Shown: positions 22,672 to 33,766, numbered from the stretch's first letter. The stretch: 64,000 bases of DNA from Bacteroidales bacterium (GCA_045576355.1 JAZNGG010000005.1:2419-66418); one strand, 5' to 3'. Notes: generated by a model not told the origin, from the sequence alone. Numbers and translations: made by a program.

Positions 22672-23133
22672 ATGAAAAAATTCTTTTTATTACTGAGTAT
22701 AGCTTTTCTGGCTGTATCTTGTACGACTACTGTTAAAACAGCTAAGACGGCAGATCCTTCTGTTCAACTTCTATCTGCTACCATAGCAGATTTAGATGTT
22801 TCTCCTGAACGTATTTCATATACAATGATTCCCACTAAAGAACTTCTTCGTGGCGGAGAAGATAATGTCAGACAAGCAGCCGAACATGCAGCACTTGAAA
22901 AAAATGGCAATGCAGACGTATTAGTTGGTGCTGAATATATTATTTCTAAAAAGAGTCGCTTTATTTTTGGAAAAGAAATAAATTCAATCACAGTTACAGG
23001 ACATCCGGCAAAATATGTCAATTTCCGTTCGGCAAATGATTCTGTATGGGTCAATTCAACTTTTCGTTCTCACTATAAGAACAATTTACGCAAAGGAGGA
23101 GACAATATATTAAAAGGGCTTTTCAATAGATAA
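22672..23133 (+). CDS. Small lipoprotein of unknown function
   Basis: Lipobox AVSC; ALEKNGNADVLV..Y..ITVTGHPAKY. Confidence 0.8.
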   Translation: MKKFFLLLSIAFLAVSCTTTVKTAKTADPSVQLLSATIADLDVSPERISYTMIPTKELLRGGEDNVRQAAEHAALEKNGNADVLVGAEYIISKKSRFIFGKEINSITVTGHPAKYVNFRSANDSVWVNSTFRSHYKNNLRKGGDNILKGLFNR

Positions 23134-23194
23134 ACTTTCACAAATAAATCAAATTTCGATTTATTGCTAAACTGTATTTTGATATCTAAAATTT

Positions 23195-23228
23195 GGGCTG
23201 ACACTTCTTTTAAGGTATCAGCCCTTTT
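23195..23228 (+). terminator. Terminator after the lipoprotein pair
   Basis: GGGCTGACAC..GTATCAGCCC followed by TTTT. Confidence 0.65.
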
Positions 23229-23410
23229 GATCAATTTGCCTTTGTACAAATATTAAAGACCCATAGGCAAAATAAGGAGGTCTTTATGTTTCTTAGAGAA
23301 AAGATAGTAATTTACCGGACTGCAATAAAAAAATACCCTCTGTCTCAAAACTTTTTCGAGACAGGAGTGTTATAATATCGAGAACACAAAAAGACTGGCT
23401 GTTTTAAATA

Positions 23411-23445
23411 AAGGAGACTTGCGTCGAGATGACGCGAGTCTCCTT
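23411..23445 (-). terminator. Hairpin downstream of the MFS gene
   Basis: 15-bp stem AAGGAGACTTGCGTC/GACGCGAGTCTCCTT. Confidence 0.7.
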
Positions 23446-23489
23446 GCAAGTTGTTGTAGGCTTCAGACCGAATATTGATCAAGCAGGAT

Positions 23490-24674
23490 CTACCTTAATC
23501 GGTTTTTCAAGAAGTAACCCTTGGCTTTTAAATAGTAAAAAAGGACACCTGACGCATTGACGGCAACCATGGTCCAAAAAGCTGCATGAAAGCCAAAATA
23601 CTCTGCCACCATCCCGCCCAACAAGATTCCTAATCCCATACCGGTGTCCCAAGAGACAAAAAATGTAGAGTTGGCCGTGCCGCGACGAGCATTAGGAGCC
23701 ATATCTAAAAACATCGACTGAAAGGCCGGAAACATGTGTCCATTGCCCAAACCGATAACAAGTGCAGCGCCATAATACCCCCAATAATTGTGCAAAGATG
23801 CAAAAAGGAAATAGCCTAACAAAGAGACCACAACTCCGATCGAAGCATTGCGCACCACCTTCCCTTGCCTCAATGTCCTACTTCCGGTCAGCCGAGAGAG
23901 GATAAGACCGATGGAAAGAAGCATAAAAAAGAGTCCGGTACCACCGGTGATGCCCAACTCCTCTTTGCCATAGATCGCGATATAAGTGGAAAGCACACCA
24001 TATGAAAAAGAGAAAGATGCCATGCAAAGCGCATGCGGCCAAGCCTTGAATAAGAAAAATCGATCTAAAGAGAGAGGTGGGCGAGCAGCAGAGCCGGTAG
24101 CAGCAGAAAGTTTCAACGTACAATTACAATAGAAGGCAAGACCGGACACGACTATAGAAAGCAAAAAAAGTAAGTCGTATTCGCCTGTAGCGCCATAAAT
24201 CAAAAGGGCGATGGTCGGCGCTATAGCCGTAGCAATATTATTGCTCAATCCGTAATATCCAATGCCCTCTGCACGACGTGATGAAGGCAATACATCTATG
24301 GCAACCGTGCTATTAGATACAGTTGACATACCAAATGGGATGCCGTGCATCGTACGAAAAACAGCAAACATCAGAAGAGAGACAGAGAGCGGATAGGCAA
24401 TAAAAAGCAAGAAGAAGAAGAAAAAGGAGATCAACAACACTTTGCGTCGAGGAAACGCATCGACCAAATAGCCACTGAAAGGACGCACCAAAAGAGCAGT
24501 CAGCGTATAACCGGAAAGGACAATTCCAATCATCTGCTTATCGGCATCAAAAGTTTCACTCAAATAAAGAGGGAACAGCGGTGTCAAAAGCATAAACGAA
24601 AAAAAGAGCAAAAAATTGGCAATCCAAACGCGTATATAATTGCCATTCCATAACCTTTCATTCACACCACACAT
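23490..24674 (-). CDS. MFS transporter
   Basis: About 12 TM helices with GYLVDAFPRRK motif A. Confidence 0.9.
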   Translation of the reverse strand: MCGVNERLWNGNYIRVWIANFLLFFSFMLLTPLFPLYLSETFDADKQMIGIVLSGYTLTALLVRPFSGYLVDAFPRRKVLLISFFFFFLLFIAYPLSVSLLMFAVFRTMHGIPFGMSTVSNSTVAIDVLPSSRRAEGIGYYGLSNNIATAIAPTIALLIYGATGEYDLLFLLSIVVSGLAFYCNCTLKLSAATGSAARPPLSLDRFFLFKAWPHALCMASFSFSYGVLSTYIAIYGKEELGITGGTGLFFMLLSIGLILSRLTGSRTLRQGKVVRNASIGVVVSLLGYFLFASLHNYWGYYGAALVIGLGNGHMFPAFQSMFLDMAPNARRGTANSTFFVSWDTGMGLGILLGGMVAEYFGFHAAFWTMVAVNASGVLFYYLKAKGYFLKNRLR

Positions 24675-24869
24675 AACAGATCTGAATTAATAATCATTTT
24701 CCTTTTGCAAATTTACGAAAATTATTGAAATCCGGAAAAGAGGGAATCGAAAAGTTGCATGAAAAAAGAATATGTCGTATATTCGCAGCAATTATTTATA
24801 CTATTTCTAATCAAGGGCAAATCTTGTAGTTTCCCTTAGATTACTAACCATTTAACCAAACACACAGCC

Positions 24870-26999
24870 ATGAGAAAATCTCTTTTAGCTTTAGGGTTTG
24901 CTTTGACTGCATTCTCCTTAGCCTTTGCTCAAGGTAACGGTCTGACAGACATGGGCAAAAGCCAATATGCACGTATGCACAACACACCATTGGGAGCCGT
25001 AGCATGGACCGATGGATTCTGGGGAGACCGCTTCGGGGTTTATAGCCAGACATCCTTGACAGACATGTGGGAAACCTGGAACAATCCGGACATCTCTCAC
25101 GGATTCCGTAATTTCGAAATTGCCGCAGGAGACTGCGAGGGAGAGCATTGGGGACCTCCGTTCCACGATGGAGATATGTATAAATGGATGGAAGGTGTAG
25201 CTGCCGTATATGCCGTCACCAAAGATCCCAAACTGGATCAGTTGATGGACAACTTCATAGACCGCGTCGTTCGTGCCCAACGGGCAGACGGATACATCCA
25301 CACCCCTGTTATCATCGATGAACGCAACAAGGGAATCGATACCCACAGCAAGGAGCAGACCGTCATCGGAACCAAAGTGGGAGGAGAAAACGAAAAAGGG
25401 GCATTTGCCAACCGCCTGAACTTCGAGACCTATAATTTAGGACACTTGATGATGGCAGGCATCACCCACCGTCGCGCCACCGGCAAAACCACTCTATTTG
25501 ACTGTGCCGTTAAGGCTACCGACTTTCTGTGTCATTTTTATGAGACAGCCTCTGCCGAACTGGCACGTAATGCCATCTGCCCCTCTCACTATATGGGTGT
25601 CGTGGAGATGTATCGTGCAACGGGCAATCCACGCTATCTCGAATTATCTAAAAACCTAATTGACATCCGAGGCATGGTCGAAAACGGCACGGATGACAAT
25701 CAGGATCGTGTCCCATTTCGCGAACAATATAATGCCATGGGACATGCTGTGCGCTCCAACTATCTGTATGCCGGTGTAGCAGACGTGTATGCCGAAACCG
25801 GCGAAGAGCAACTGATGAAAAACCTCACCTCCATCTGGCAAGACATCGTCACTCGCAAGATGTATGTAACTGGCGGATGTGGTGCTCTCTATGACGGCAC
25901 TTCTCCCGACGGCACTTGCTATGAGCCGGACAGCATACAGAAAGTGCATCAAAGTTATGGTCGTCCTTATCAGCTACCTAACAGCACCGCACACAACGAG
26001 ACCTGTGCCAACATCGGCAACATCCTTTTCAACTGGCGTATGCTTGAGGTGACAGGCGATGCCAAATATGCTGAGATCGCAGAGATCGCCCTTTACAATA
26101 GTGTATTGAGTGGCATCAGTCTGGATGGTAAAAAATATTTCTATACCAATCCGCTTCGCATCTCTGCCGACCTCCCATATACCTTGCGCTGGCCCAAAGA
26201 ACGTTTAGAGTACATCAGCTGCTTCTGCTGTCCTCCCAACACACTCCGCACCGTATGTGAGGCTCAAAACTATGCTTACACGACCGGCACTCAAGCCCTC
26301 TATTGCCAGCTCTATGGAGCCAGCCGCCTCCAAACGACCATCGCCGGTGTCGGAGATATCGTCCTCTCACAAAAGACCCAATATCCTTGGGATGGTTCTG
26401 TGACATTAACCATCGAAAGCCTCAAGAAGAGTAAAAAACAGACTACTCTCACTAAAGAAGGAAAGAAAGCCTCTATCAAAAATCCATTCACACTCTACCT
26501 GCGTGTGCCCGAATGGTGCAAAGGAGCAACATTACGCATCAACGGAGAAGAGATCAAGGGAGACTGGGCTCCTAACAGCTATGCCTCTGTAGAGCGAGTA
26601 TGGAAACAGGGAGACGTCGTGGAATGGCACATGCCGATGGAGGTAAAGATCCTCGAGGCACATCCATTGGCAGAGGAGATCCGCAATCAAGTCTGTGTAA
26701 AACGCGGTCCGATCGTTTATTGTCTGGAAAACCAAGATCTCCCCTCCGGCGTCCGCATCGATGATGTTCAGATCCCATCTGATATCCGATTGACCCCGGA
26801 GCAGATCACGATCGAGGGAAGCCCCATTACCGCCCTCACCGGCAATGCTATTGTGACCAACCAAAAGTCTTGGGAAAATGTCCTTTATCGTGAAGTCAAC
26901 GCAGACAAGAAACCCATGAAAATCCGTCTTATCCCCTACTATGCTTGGGGCAACCGAGGCAAGGGTGAGATGACCGTCTGGATGCCACTGGCCCGATAA
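24870..26999 (+). CDS. GH127 glycoside hydrolase (aceric acid hydrolase-like)
   Basis: Signal peptide; GHAVR, ETCA and CFCCPPN motifs; sits next to GH141 and GH78 as in the B. thetaiotaomicron RG-II locus. Confidence 0.9.
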   Translation: MRKSLLALGFALTAFSLAFAQGNGLTDMGKSQYARMHNTPLGAVAWTDGFWGDRFGVYSQTSLTDMWETWNNPDISHGFRNFEIAAGDCEGEHWGPPFHDGDMYKWMEGVAAVYAVTKDPKLDQLMDNFIDRVVRAQRADGYIHTPVIIDERNKGIDTHSKEQTVIGTKVGGENEKGAFANRLNFETYNLGHLMMAGITHRRATGKTTLFDCAVKATDFLCHFYETASAELARNAICPSHYMGVVEMYRATGNPRYLELSKNLIDIRGMVENGTDDNQDRVPFREQYNAMGHAVRSNYLYAGVADVYAETGEEQLMKNLTSIWQDIVTRKMYVTGGCGALYDGTSPDGTCYEPDSIQKVHQSYGRPYQLPNSTAHNETCANIGNILFNWRMLEVTGDAKYAEIAEIALYNSVLSGISLDGKKYFYTNPLRISADLPYTLRWPKERLEYISCFCCPPNTLRTVCEAQNYAYTTGTQALYCQLYGASRLQTTIAGVGDIVLSQKTQYPWDGSVTLTIESLKKSKKQTTLTKEGKKASIKNPFTLYLRVPEWCKGATLRINGEEIKGDWAPNSYASVERVWKQGDVVEWHMPMEVKILEAHPLAEEIRNQVCVKRGPIVYCLENQDLPSGVRIDDVQIPSDIRLTPEQITIEGSPITALTGNAIVTNQKSWENVLYREVNADKKPMKIRLIPYYAWGNRGKGEMTVWMPLAR

Positions 27000-27017
27000 A
27001 CAGAAGATTAGAAGAAA

Positions 27018-28784
27018 ATGAAAAAAGTATCGATTATAACCATCCTGTCGTTACTGATGACATCATCATTTGCGGCAGACATCCATGTCCGACCGGGCGA
27101 GAGTCTCAACGATGCGCTGAGACAAGCCCGGGAACTTAGGAGACTGGAGGACCCTTCCGCTCGTGACGGCGTGACGATCCATCTGGCTCCCGGTGAATAT
27201 CCGCTCTACGAAGCCCTTTTTGTGCGCCATGAGGATAGCGGTACACCACAATCCCCCACAGTAATCACCTCCTCCGGAGGAGCGATCATTCATGGAGGAG
27301 TCAGAATCACCGGTTGGAAAAAGGAGGGAAAACTCAGAGTGGCAGATGTTCCGAACTTCAATGGTCGTCTGTTAGACTTTAGACAATTATACATCAATGG
27401 CAAGAAAGCCATCAGAGCCCGCGATGTTTCAGACTTCGAGCAGATGCATCGTGTGATCCGCAACGACAAAGTCAATCGTGTCCTTTGGGTTCCGGCAGCA
27501 GCTGTCAAGAAAATAATGAAAGCCCCTTATGCAGAGATGGTCATGCATCAGATGTGGTGTGTCGCAAATCTGCGCATCAAGTCCATCAGGATTGAGGGCG
27601 ACAGCGCCGGCATCACATTCCATGATCCGGAAAGCCGCATCGAATTTGAACGGCCATGGCCTCAACCGATGATCACGACAGACGGCAGGAACTCTGCTTT
27701 CTATCTCACCAATGCCAAAGAGCTAATAGACGAACCCGGAGAGTGGTATCACGACATCGAGACCCACAAACTCTATTATTATCCGCTCAAAGGTGAAGAA
27801 ATCAAGGAGGCTATCGTGCCCGCCATTGAGACTCTGGTCAATGTGGAGGGAACTCTCGACCGCTTGGTAAAAAATATCCGTTTCGAAAACATCACTTTCA
27901 GCTACACCACCTGGATGCGTCCCTCTCTCTTAGGACACGTCCCACTGCAAGCTGGAATGTATCTGACAGACGGATACAAACTGCGTCCACAGATGATCAG
28001 GAAAAACAACCACAAACTGGACAACCAGGGATTTCTCGGACGACCGGCAGCAGCCGTAGTCGTAAAAGGGGCGCATGACATAGACTTTGTCAATTGTACA
28101 TTCACCCATCTCGGTGCCAGCGGACTCGATTATGAGTGGGGCACTTACGGGGGCAGCGTATCCAGATGCACCTTCAGAGACATCGCCGGCAATGGCATTG
28201 TCACAGGCAGTTTCAGTCCTGCATCGCATGAGACGCATCAACCATACGACCCGGCAGATGGCAGGGAAGTCTGTGCAGGACTCACTATTGCCAACAACCT
28301 CATCTCCGACGTCACCAACGAAGACTGGGGATGCGTCGGCATCTGCGCCGGATATGTGAGAGACATCAACATTGAGCACAACGAGATCAGCGAAGTCTCC
28401 TATACAGGCATCAGCCTGGGATGGGGATGGACCCGCACCGTCAACTGCATGCGCAACAATCGCGTCCATGGCAATTTGATCCATCACTATGCCAAACACA
28501 TGTATGACGTGGCAGGCATCTACACTTTGGGGTCACAACCACATAGTTTCATCACAGACAACTGTGTCCACACCATCTACACCCCCGGCTATGCCCATGA
28601 TCCGCACCATTGGTTCTATCTTTACACCGATGAGGGTTCGTCATTCATCACCGTTAAAAACAATTGGACAGAGAGCGAAAAGTTCTTGAAAAATGCCAAT
28701 GGCCCGGGCAACGTCTGGGAAAATAATGGCCCCATGGTAGCTGACAGCATCAAATCTCAAGCGGGCATCCTCCCTCAAAAGTAA
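27018..28784 (+). CDS. GH141 beta-helix glycoside hydrolase (alpha-L-fucosidase-like)
   Basis: Motifs YTGISLGWGW, YDVAGIYTLG and YLYTDEGSS. Confidence 0.85.
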   Translation: MKKVSIITILSLLMTSSFAADIHVRPGESLNDALRQARELRRLEDPSARDGVTIHLAPGEYPLYEALFVRHEDSGTPQSPTVITSSGGAIIHGGVRITGWKKEGKLRVADVPNFNGRLLDFRQLYINGKKAIRARDVSDFEQMHRVIRNDKVNRVLWVPAAAVKKIMKAPYAEMVMHQMWCVANLRIKSIRIEGDSAGITFHDPESRIEFERPWPQPMITTDGRNSAFYLTNAKELIDEPGEWYHDIETHKLYYYPLKGEEIKEAIVPAIETLVNVEGTLDRLVKNIRFENITFSYTTWMRPSLLGHVPLQAGMYLTDGYKLRPQMIRKNNHKLDNQGFLGRPAAAVVVKGAHDIDFVNCTFTHLGASGLDYEWGTYGGSVSRCTFRDIAGNGIVTGSFSPASHETHQPYDPADGREVCAGLTIANNLISDVTNEDWGCVGICAGYVRDINIEHNEISEVSYTGISLGWGWTRTVNCMRNNRVHGNLIHHYAKHMYDVAGIYTLGSQPHSFITDNCVHTIYTPGYAHDPHHWFYLYTDEGSSFITVKNNWTESEKFLKNANGPGNVWENNGPMVADSIKSQAGILPQK

Positions 28785-28822
28785 TCATATAGCAATAACA
28801 CATCTTATATACATTATTATAT

Positions 28823-30184
28823 ATGGCAACAAAAGGAAGTTTAAAAAGTACGATAGCCGTATCACTCACCAATTATCTGGATGCAGGAGCTATCGTTGCC
28901 GGAGCCAGCGGCTTGACTCTTTGGCAGGATTATTTAGGTCTGACAGAAGGCGATTTAGGTTGGCTCAATGCCATCAGTGCCAATTGTCTGGGAGCAGCCA
29001 TAGGTGCTATCCTCGGAGGATTTCTGGCAGACAAATATGGTCGAAAGTTTATCTATACATATAATCTGCTGCTCTACATGCTTGGAGTTGCTTTGATCTG
29101 CACATCGGTCAACTTCTTTATGCTGATGGCAGGATTCCTCATCACCGGCATCTCTGTCGGAGTCGGTGTCCCGGCCTCCTGGACCTACATCTCTGAGAAT
29201 TCCGAGATAGGCAATCGTGGCCGCAACATCGGCATCTCACAGATGGCTTGGGGCATCGGTCCCTTGGTCATCCTGATCCTCGGCATGCTCTTAGCACCGG
29301 GCAAGGAAGGAGAAGCCGGAGGTCTGTTATTCGGATGGGTGCAGTCTGTCGCCTCAGCCATTACCGGAGGAACGGCTGCCGGTGCTACCCTCAATGTGTT
29401 TAGCAGTCGCATCGTCTTCGCATCACTCTTCGTAGTGGCTTTCATCGCATGGCTACTCCAACGACAACTGGACGAATCTGCCGAATGGAAAGCGGCACAG
29501 GAAAATAAATCCAATGAGAAGAAAGAGGGAACATTTGCCTCCTTCGGTCGCCTGTTTACCAACAAAGTAAACATCCGCACCATGATCTTCCTGGCAGGTA
29601 TGTATCTCTCCTGGAATCTGGTTGCATCCGTGATGGGCTTCTTCCAACCCCACATCTACGAAACCGCCGGCGGACTCTCCAATGAGTATGCCAACATGCT
29701 TGCTGCCGGCCAGTGGGTCATCATCATCCTTACGACATTCATCTTCTCTCTGATCATTGACAAGGTGAATCAGCGATGGCTATATGCCTTTGGTGTCGGT
29801 CTGGGCGTTCTGGCCTGGGGCATCATCATTGGCATCGGCATCAACGGCATCGTGGGGTTGATCCTCTTTACAGCCATTTGGGGCATACAGGCCGGTATCT
29901 CTGTTCAGTCATTCTATGCTCTTTGGGCCTCCGAACTATTCCCCGCCAAATATCGTGCTGCAGCGCAGGGCATTATGTTCTTCATCGTTCGCGGACTCTC
30001 TGCAGCCTGGGGACTCATCTTCGTCTATATCTATGGCGAAAACGGCGAGGGTTTCACCCTTTCAGCATGGATCATGATGGTGCTTATCCTCATCTCTTTG
30101 GTCATCGGCACCATCTGGACACCGCAAACTCGCGGCAAATCATTAGAACAAATCACCAAGGAGCGTTATGGAGACACCATCTGA
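28823..30184 (+). CDS. MFS sugar/polyol transporter, IolF-like
   Basis: NYLDAGAIVAG..L.LW..YL.L and ISAN..AAIGAILGGFLADKYGRK closely resemble B. subtilis IolF. Confidence 0.85.
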   Translation: MATKGSLKSTIAVSLTNYLDAGAIVAGASGLTLWQDYLGLTEGDLGWLNAISANCLGAAIGAILGGFLADKYGRKFIYTYNLLLYMLGVALICTSVNFFMLMAGFLITGISVGVGVPASWTYISENSEIGNRGRNIGISQMAWGIGPLVILILGMLLAPGKEGEAGGLLFGWVQSVASAITGGTAAGATLNVFSSRIVFASLFVVAFIAWLLQRQLDESAEWKAAQENKSNEKKEGTFASFGRLFTNKVNIRTMIFLAGMYLSWNLVASVMGFFQPHIYETAGGLSNEYANMLAAGQWVIIILTTFIFSLIIDKVNQRWLYAFGVGLGVLAWGIIIGIGINGIVGLILFTAIWGIQAGISVQSFYALWASELFPAKYRAAAQGIMFFIVRGLSAAWGLIFVYIYGENGEGFTLSAWIMMVLILISLVIGTIWTPQTRGKSLEQITKERYGDTI

Positions 30185-30197
30185 TAAGACAGCCCAC

Positions 30198-32351
30198 ATG
30201 AATCCGAACAGCGGTCAAAGAGCAACCTGGATCTGGTATCCGGGTGACTATGAAATCTGGCTCGGCAACGAACTCAACAACCGACGCACCGAACGAGGAG
30301 CATTCTTTCCCCCGTTCTGGAAGTCAGATAGCCACTATGTGGTGGTAGAATTCAGCAAGACCATCGACCTCGCAGAAGCAGAGGAGATAACGATCGCTTG
30401 CGAAGGGAAATTCAACATCAAACTGGATGGCAAACTACAGTTTGGTATGCCTGCTCACTTCACACTTCCGGCCGGCAAACACCAACTCAATATCAAGGTA
30501 CACAATCAGGCAACCCCCCCGGCACTCTTCGTCGATGGACCCACCGTAAAGAGCGATGCCTCTTGGCGTGTCACCAACGAAGACAAGGAGTGGATCGACG
30601 AGAGTGGTAAAGCCAGTGACACATCGACCACCGTCTATATGCAAGCCGGCTGCTGGACCTTCAACGACATCGATGCGCTCCCCTCTGCGTTCAGATTAAG
30701 CCGAGAACAATGGCAAGCCTCTAAAAGCCAACAGAGAGAAAAAGGGCTTCTCATCGATTTCGGTAGAGAGACATTCGGCTATCTCAAATTGCTCGGCATC
30801 CAAGGCTCCGGCATCATACATATATATTATGGTGAGAGCCCGGAAGAGGCGCAAGATAAAACGCACTGCGAGACACTGGATAAGCTGTCCATTGACGAGA
30901 CAACTGTCACTGACTTAGCTACCAACTCCGTCGCTCCACTCACAGACTGTTACACGCTCGGTAGCGCTAAGGCTTTCCGTCATGTGTACATCGAAACAGA
31001 GGGGACTCTCTCCATAGACCGCATTGCCATGGACTACGAATATCTGCCGGAGCAATATCGCGGTTCTTTCCGGTGTGATGACGAAGAGCTTAATAGGATC
31101 TGGGACGTCGGAGCATACACGATGCACCTCACCACCCGCGAGTTTTTTATTGACGGCATCAAACGTGATCGGTGGACTTGGAGCGGCGATGCCATCCAAA
31201 GCTATCTGATGAACTACTACCTCTTTTTCGATAGCGAAACCGTCAAACGCACCATCTGGCAACTGCGTGGCAAAGACCCTGTCACCAGCCACATCAATAC
31301 CATCATGGACTACACCTTCTATTGGTTCATGAGCATCTATGATTATTACCTCTTCACCGGCGATGCACACTTCGTACAGCAGATCTATCCTCGCATGCAG
31401 ACCTTGATGGACTACGTGCTGGGACGCACCAATGAGCGAGGCATGGTCGAAGGCATGGCAGGAGACTGGGTGTTTGTCGATTGGGCAGATGGTCCGATGA
31501 GCAAACGAGGCGAACTCGCCATCGAGCAAATCCTCCTCTGCAAGAGTCTCGAGACGATGCAACTCTGCGCCGGGATCGTAGGCAACCGGGAAGACGAAAA
31601 CGTCTACAGCCAAAAAGCGACCACTTTGCGCCAACAACTGATTCCCACATTCTGGAACGAAGAGAAACAAGCCCTCGTACACAATGTCGAAGAGGGAGAA
31701 CAAAGCGCACAAGTGACCCGCTACGCCAATATGTTTGCCACATTCTTCGGCTATCTGGATGCAGACAAGCAGAAAGCGATCCTCAACAGCGTTTTGCTCA
31801 ACGATCAAGTGATGAAGATCACCACTCCATATATGCGATTCTATGAGCTGGAGGCAATGTGTGCCCTCGGCAGACAGGAGACCGTCATGCACGAGATGAA
31901 AGACTATTGGGGTGGAATGCTTCGTGAGGGGGCAACATCATTCTGGGAGAAATATAACCCCGACGACAGCGGCACACAGCACTTCGCCATGTATGGTCGT
32001 CCCTACGGCAAGAGCCTATGTCATGCCTGGGGTGCCAGCCCGATCTATCTGTTAGGTCGTTACTATCTCGGTGTCCGACCGACTTCAGCCGGATACGCCA
32101 CATGGGAATGTCGGCCCAATCTCGGAGGTCTCCAATGGATGAAAGGGGATGTTCCCACCCCATTTGGCAACATTCATGTCGAAATGGCAGGCAAGGAGAT
32201 CTCTCTCCGCTCCGATGGAGGCATCGGCGACCTCTATATCACCGCTCCCTCCCGACCGATCTCATCTGTCGGCACTCCGGAACCCGCAGGCGACAACGTT
32301 TGGAAAATCAGGATCGAAACCAAAGATACGGTTCAGGTCACCTTGTCTTAA
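30198..32351 (+). CDS. GH78 alpha-L-rhamnosidase
   Basis: Motifs DGIKRDRWTWSGD, GATSFWE and SLCHAWGASP. Confidence 0.92.
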   Translation: MNPNSGQRATWIWYPGDYEIWLGNELNNRRTERGAFFPPFWKSDSHYVVVEFSKTIDLAEAEEITIACEGKFNIKLDGKLQFGMPAHFTLPAGKHQLNIKVHNQATPPALFVDGPTVKSDASWRVTNEDKEWIDESGKASDTSTTVYMQAGCWTFNDIDALPSAFRLSREQWQASKSQQREKGLLIDFGRETFGYLKLLGIQGSGIIHIYYGESPEEAQDKTHCETLDKLSIDETTVTDLATNSVAPLTDCYTLGSAKAFRHVYIETEGTLSIDRIAMDYEYLPEQYRGSFRCDDEELNRIWDVGAYTMHLTTREFFIDGIKRDRWTWSGDAIQSYLMNYYLFFDSETVKRTIWQLRGKDPVTSHINTIMDYTFYWFMSIYDYYLFTGDAHFVQQIYPRMQTLMDYVLGRTNERGMVEGMAGDWVFVDWADGPMSKRGELAIEQILLCKSLETMQLCAGIVGNREDENVYSQKATTLRQQLIPTFWNEEKQALVHNVEEGEQSAQVTRYANMFATFFGYLDADKQKAILNSVLLNDQVMKITTPYMRFYELEAMCALGRQETVMHEMKDYWGGMLREGATSFWEKYNPDDSGTQHFAMYGRPYGKSLCHAWGASPIYLLGRYYLGVRPTSAGYATWECRPNLGGLQWMKGDVPTPFGNIHVEMAGKEISLRSDGGIGDLYITAPSRPISSVGTPEPAGDNVWKIRIETKDTVQVTLS

Positions 32352-32384
32352 AACGCAATTATAGACATCCGATTATTAAGATGA

Positions 32385-32415
32385 CGGCATCTCAGTCACA
32401 GGGATTGAGATGCCG
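32385..32415. terminator. Hairpin between the convergent GH78 and DUF454 genes
   Basis: Stem CGGCATCTCAGTC/GATTGAGATGCCG. Confidence 0.65.
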
Positions 32416-32461
32416 GCATTGTTTGTCAGAGGAGTATAAATTGCAGTACAGGGACACAAGA

Positions 32462-32824
32462 TCACCGCTTAAGCGTCTTGTAGTGCAAGATATGTACCGA
32501 AATAGCTATCGCCAAAACGATCAGAAAAAGGCGAAAGAGGATGTGCTCAGCAACAAATATCGAGCAGTAGAGCAACGTCACCCAAACCAGTGACACCGAA
32601 ACGATCTTCACCCGCAGCGGGATGGCACGATGCTCGCGGAAGTTTCTTATGTAGGGCCCGAGATGCCGATGCGACAAAAGCCAGTCGTAGAGCCTCGGCG
32701 ATCCGCGGAAATAGAGTGCTGCCGACAGGAGCAGGAAAGGTGTGGTCGGGAGCAAAGGGAGAAATATCCCTAATATCCCCAGCCCCAAAAAGATCGATCC
32801 TAATATTATAAATAGTATCCTCAT
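32462..32824 (-). CDS. YbaN/DUF454 inner-membrane protein
   Basis: GIFLPLLPTTPFLLL motif. Confidence 0.92.
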   Translation of the reverse strand: MRILFIILGSIFLGLGILGIFLPLLPTTPFLLLSAALYFRGSPRLYDWLLSHRHLGPYIRNFREHRAIPLRVKIVSVSLVWVTLLYCSIFVAEHILFRLFLIVLAIAISVHILHYKTLKR

Positions 32825-33141
32825 ATTTTCTCCTTCATAAACACCCGATAGTTAGGAAATGTTATAAATGTGAGCGCAAAATTACATTTTATTTCTGCAT
32901 CGGACAAATTATCGTTAAGATTATACACCCTCAAACCATCGTATTTGCTTTGTAAAGATGTCAGAATAAGCAATTTTTAGTAAACAAATGCTAAAAATAA
33001 GAGCATTAATAAAAAAAGAGAAAGTAAAAAATTGTAATCGTTACAAAATAGAATATCTTTACATCGCAAAACTTAAAAAACAAAAGTTCTACAAGAGAAA
33101 ATAAACACAATACAAACAACAACCCTTAAAAACGTACGATT

Positions 33142-33585
33142 ATGAAAAAGATTTTTGCTCTCGTATGCGTAGGATTGACACTCTCATTTGTTGCCTTCGC
33201 TGACAACGACATCATCACTCAAAACAAGAAAGACCTTCCTCAGGCGGCATAAAAAACCATCGAAAAGGAATTTGGAGACAAACAGATTGCCTTCATCAAG
33301 ATAGATAAAGACTTTTTCTCTAACTCTTATGAAGTGCAGTTTACCAATGGTTATGAGATCAGTTTCGATACTAAAGGCGTTTGGACCGAAGTAGAGACCG
33401 AGCGAGATGCAGTCCCTACAGCTTTCATTCCGCAAGCCATCCAGCAGCAGGTTAACCAGATGTTTGCCGGCAAACACATCGTCCGCATCGACAAGGAGAA
33501 ACATGGCTATGACATCCAGCTCTCTGACGGCACTGAACTTGAATTCAACAAGAAGTTCAAACTAAGAGACATAGATATGGACTAA
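33142..33585 (+). pseudogene. PepSY-like (BLIP-like/DUF2874) periplasmic protein with a nonsense codon
   Basis: ATG at 33142 with signal peptide, then LPQAA*KTIEKEF. In-frame TAA at 33250-33252; the frame continues to 33585. Confidence 0.85.
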
Positions 33586-33617
33586 CCTCTGTTTGAGTCT
33601 TTTGTAAAATACTTGTT

Positions 33618-33646
33618 AGGCGATGGCATCGATGTCATCGCCTTTC
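33618..33646 (+). terminator. Terminator after the PepSY-like gene
   Basis: AGGCGATGGCAT-CG-ATGTCATCGCCT followed by T residues. Confidence 0.7.
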
Positions 33647-33766
33647 TGTTTAAAGACTCAAACCCTCCTTAGGAGAATTAAAACTTCAAGAAATAGAAAA
33701 TGGATAATTAAAACACATCACACAATAAAAAAAAGAGATAAATGAACGTTCTGTCACATTTTTTAT

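Noticed and set aside
33250-33252. Stop-codon reassignment or programmed readthrough
   Set aside because: TAA and TAG both end many intact genes in this window, so a point mutation or sequencing error is simpler.
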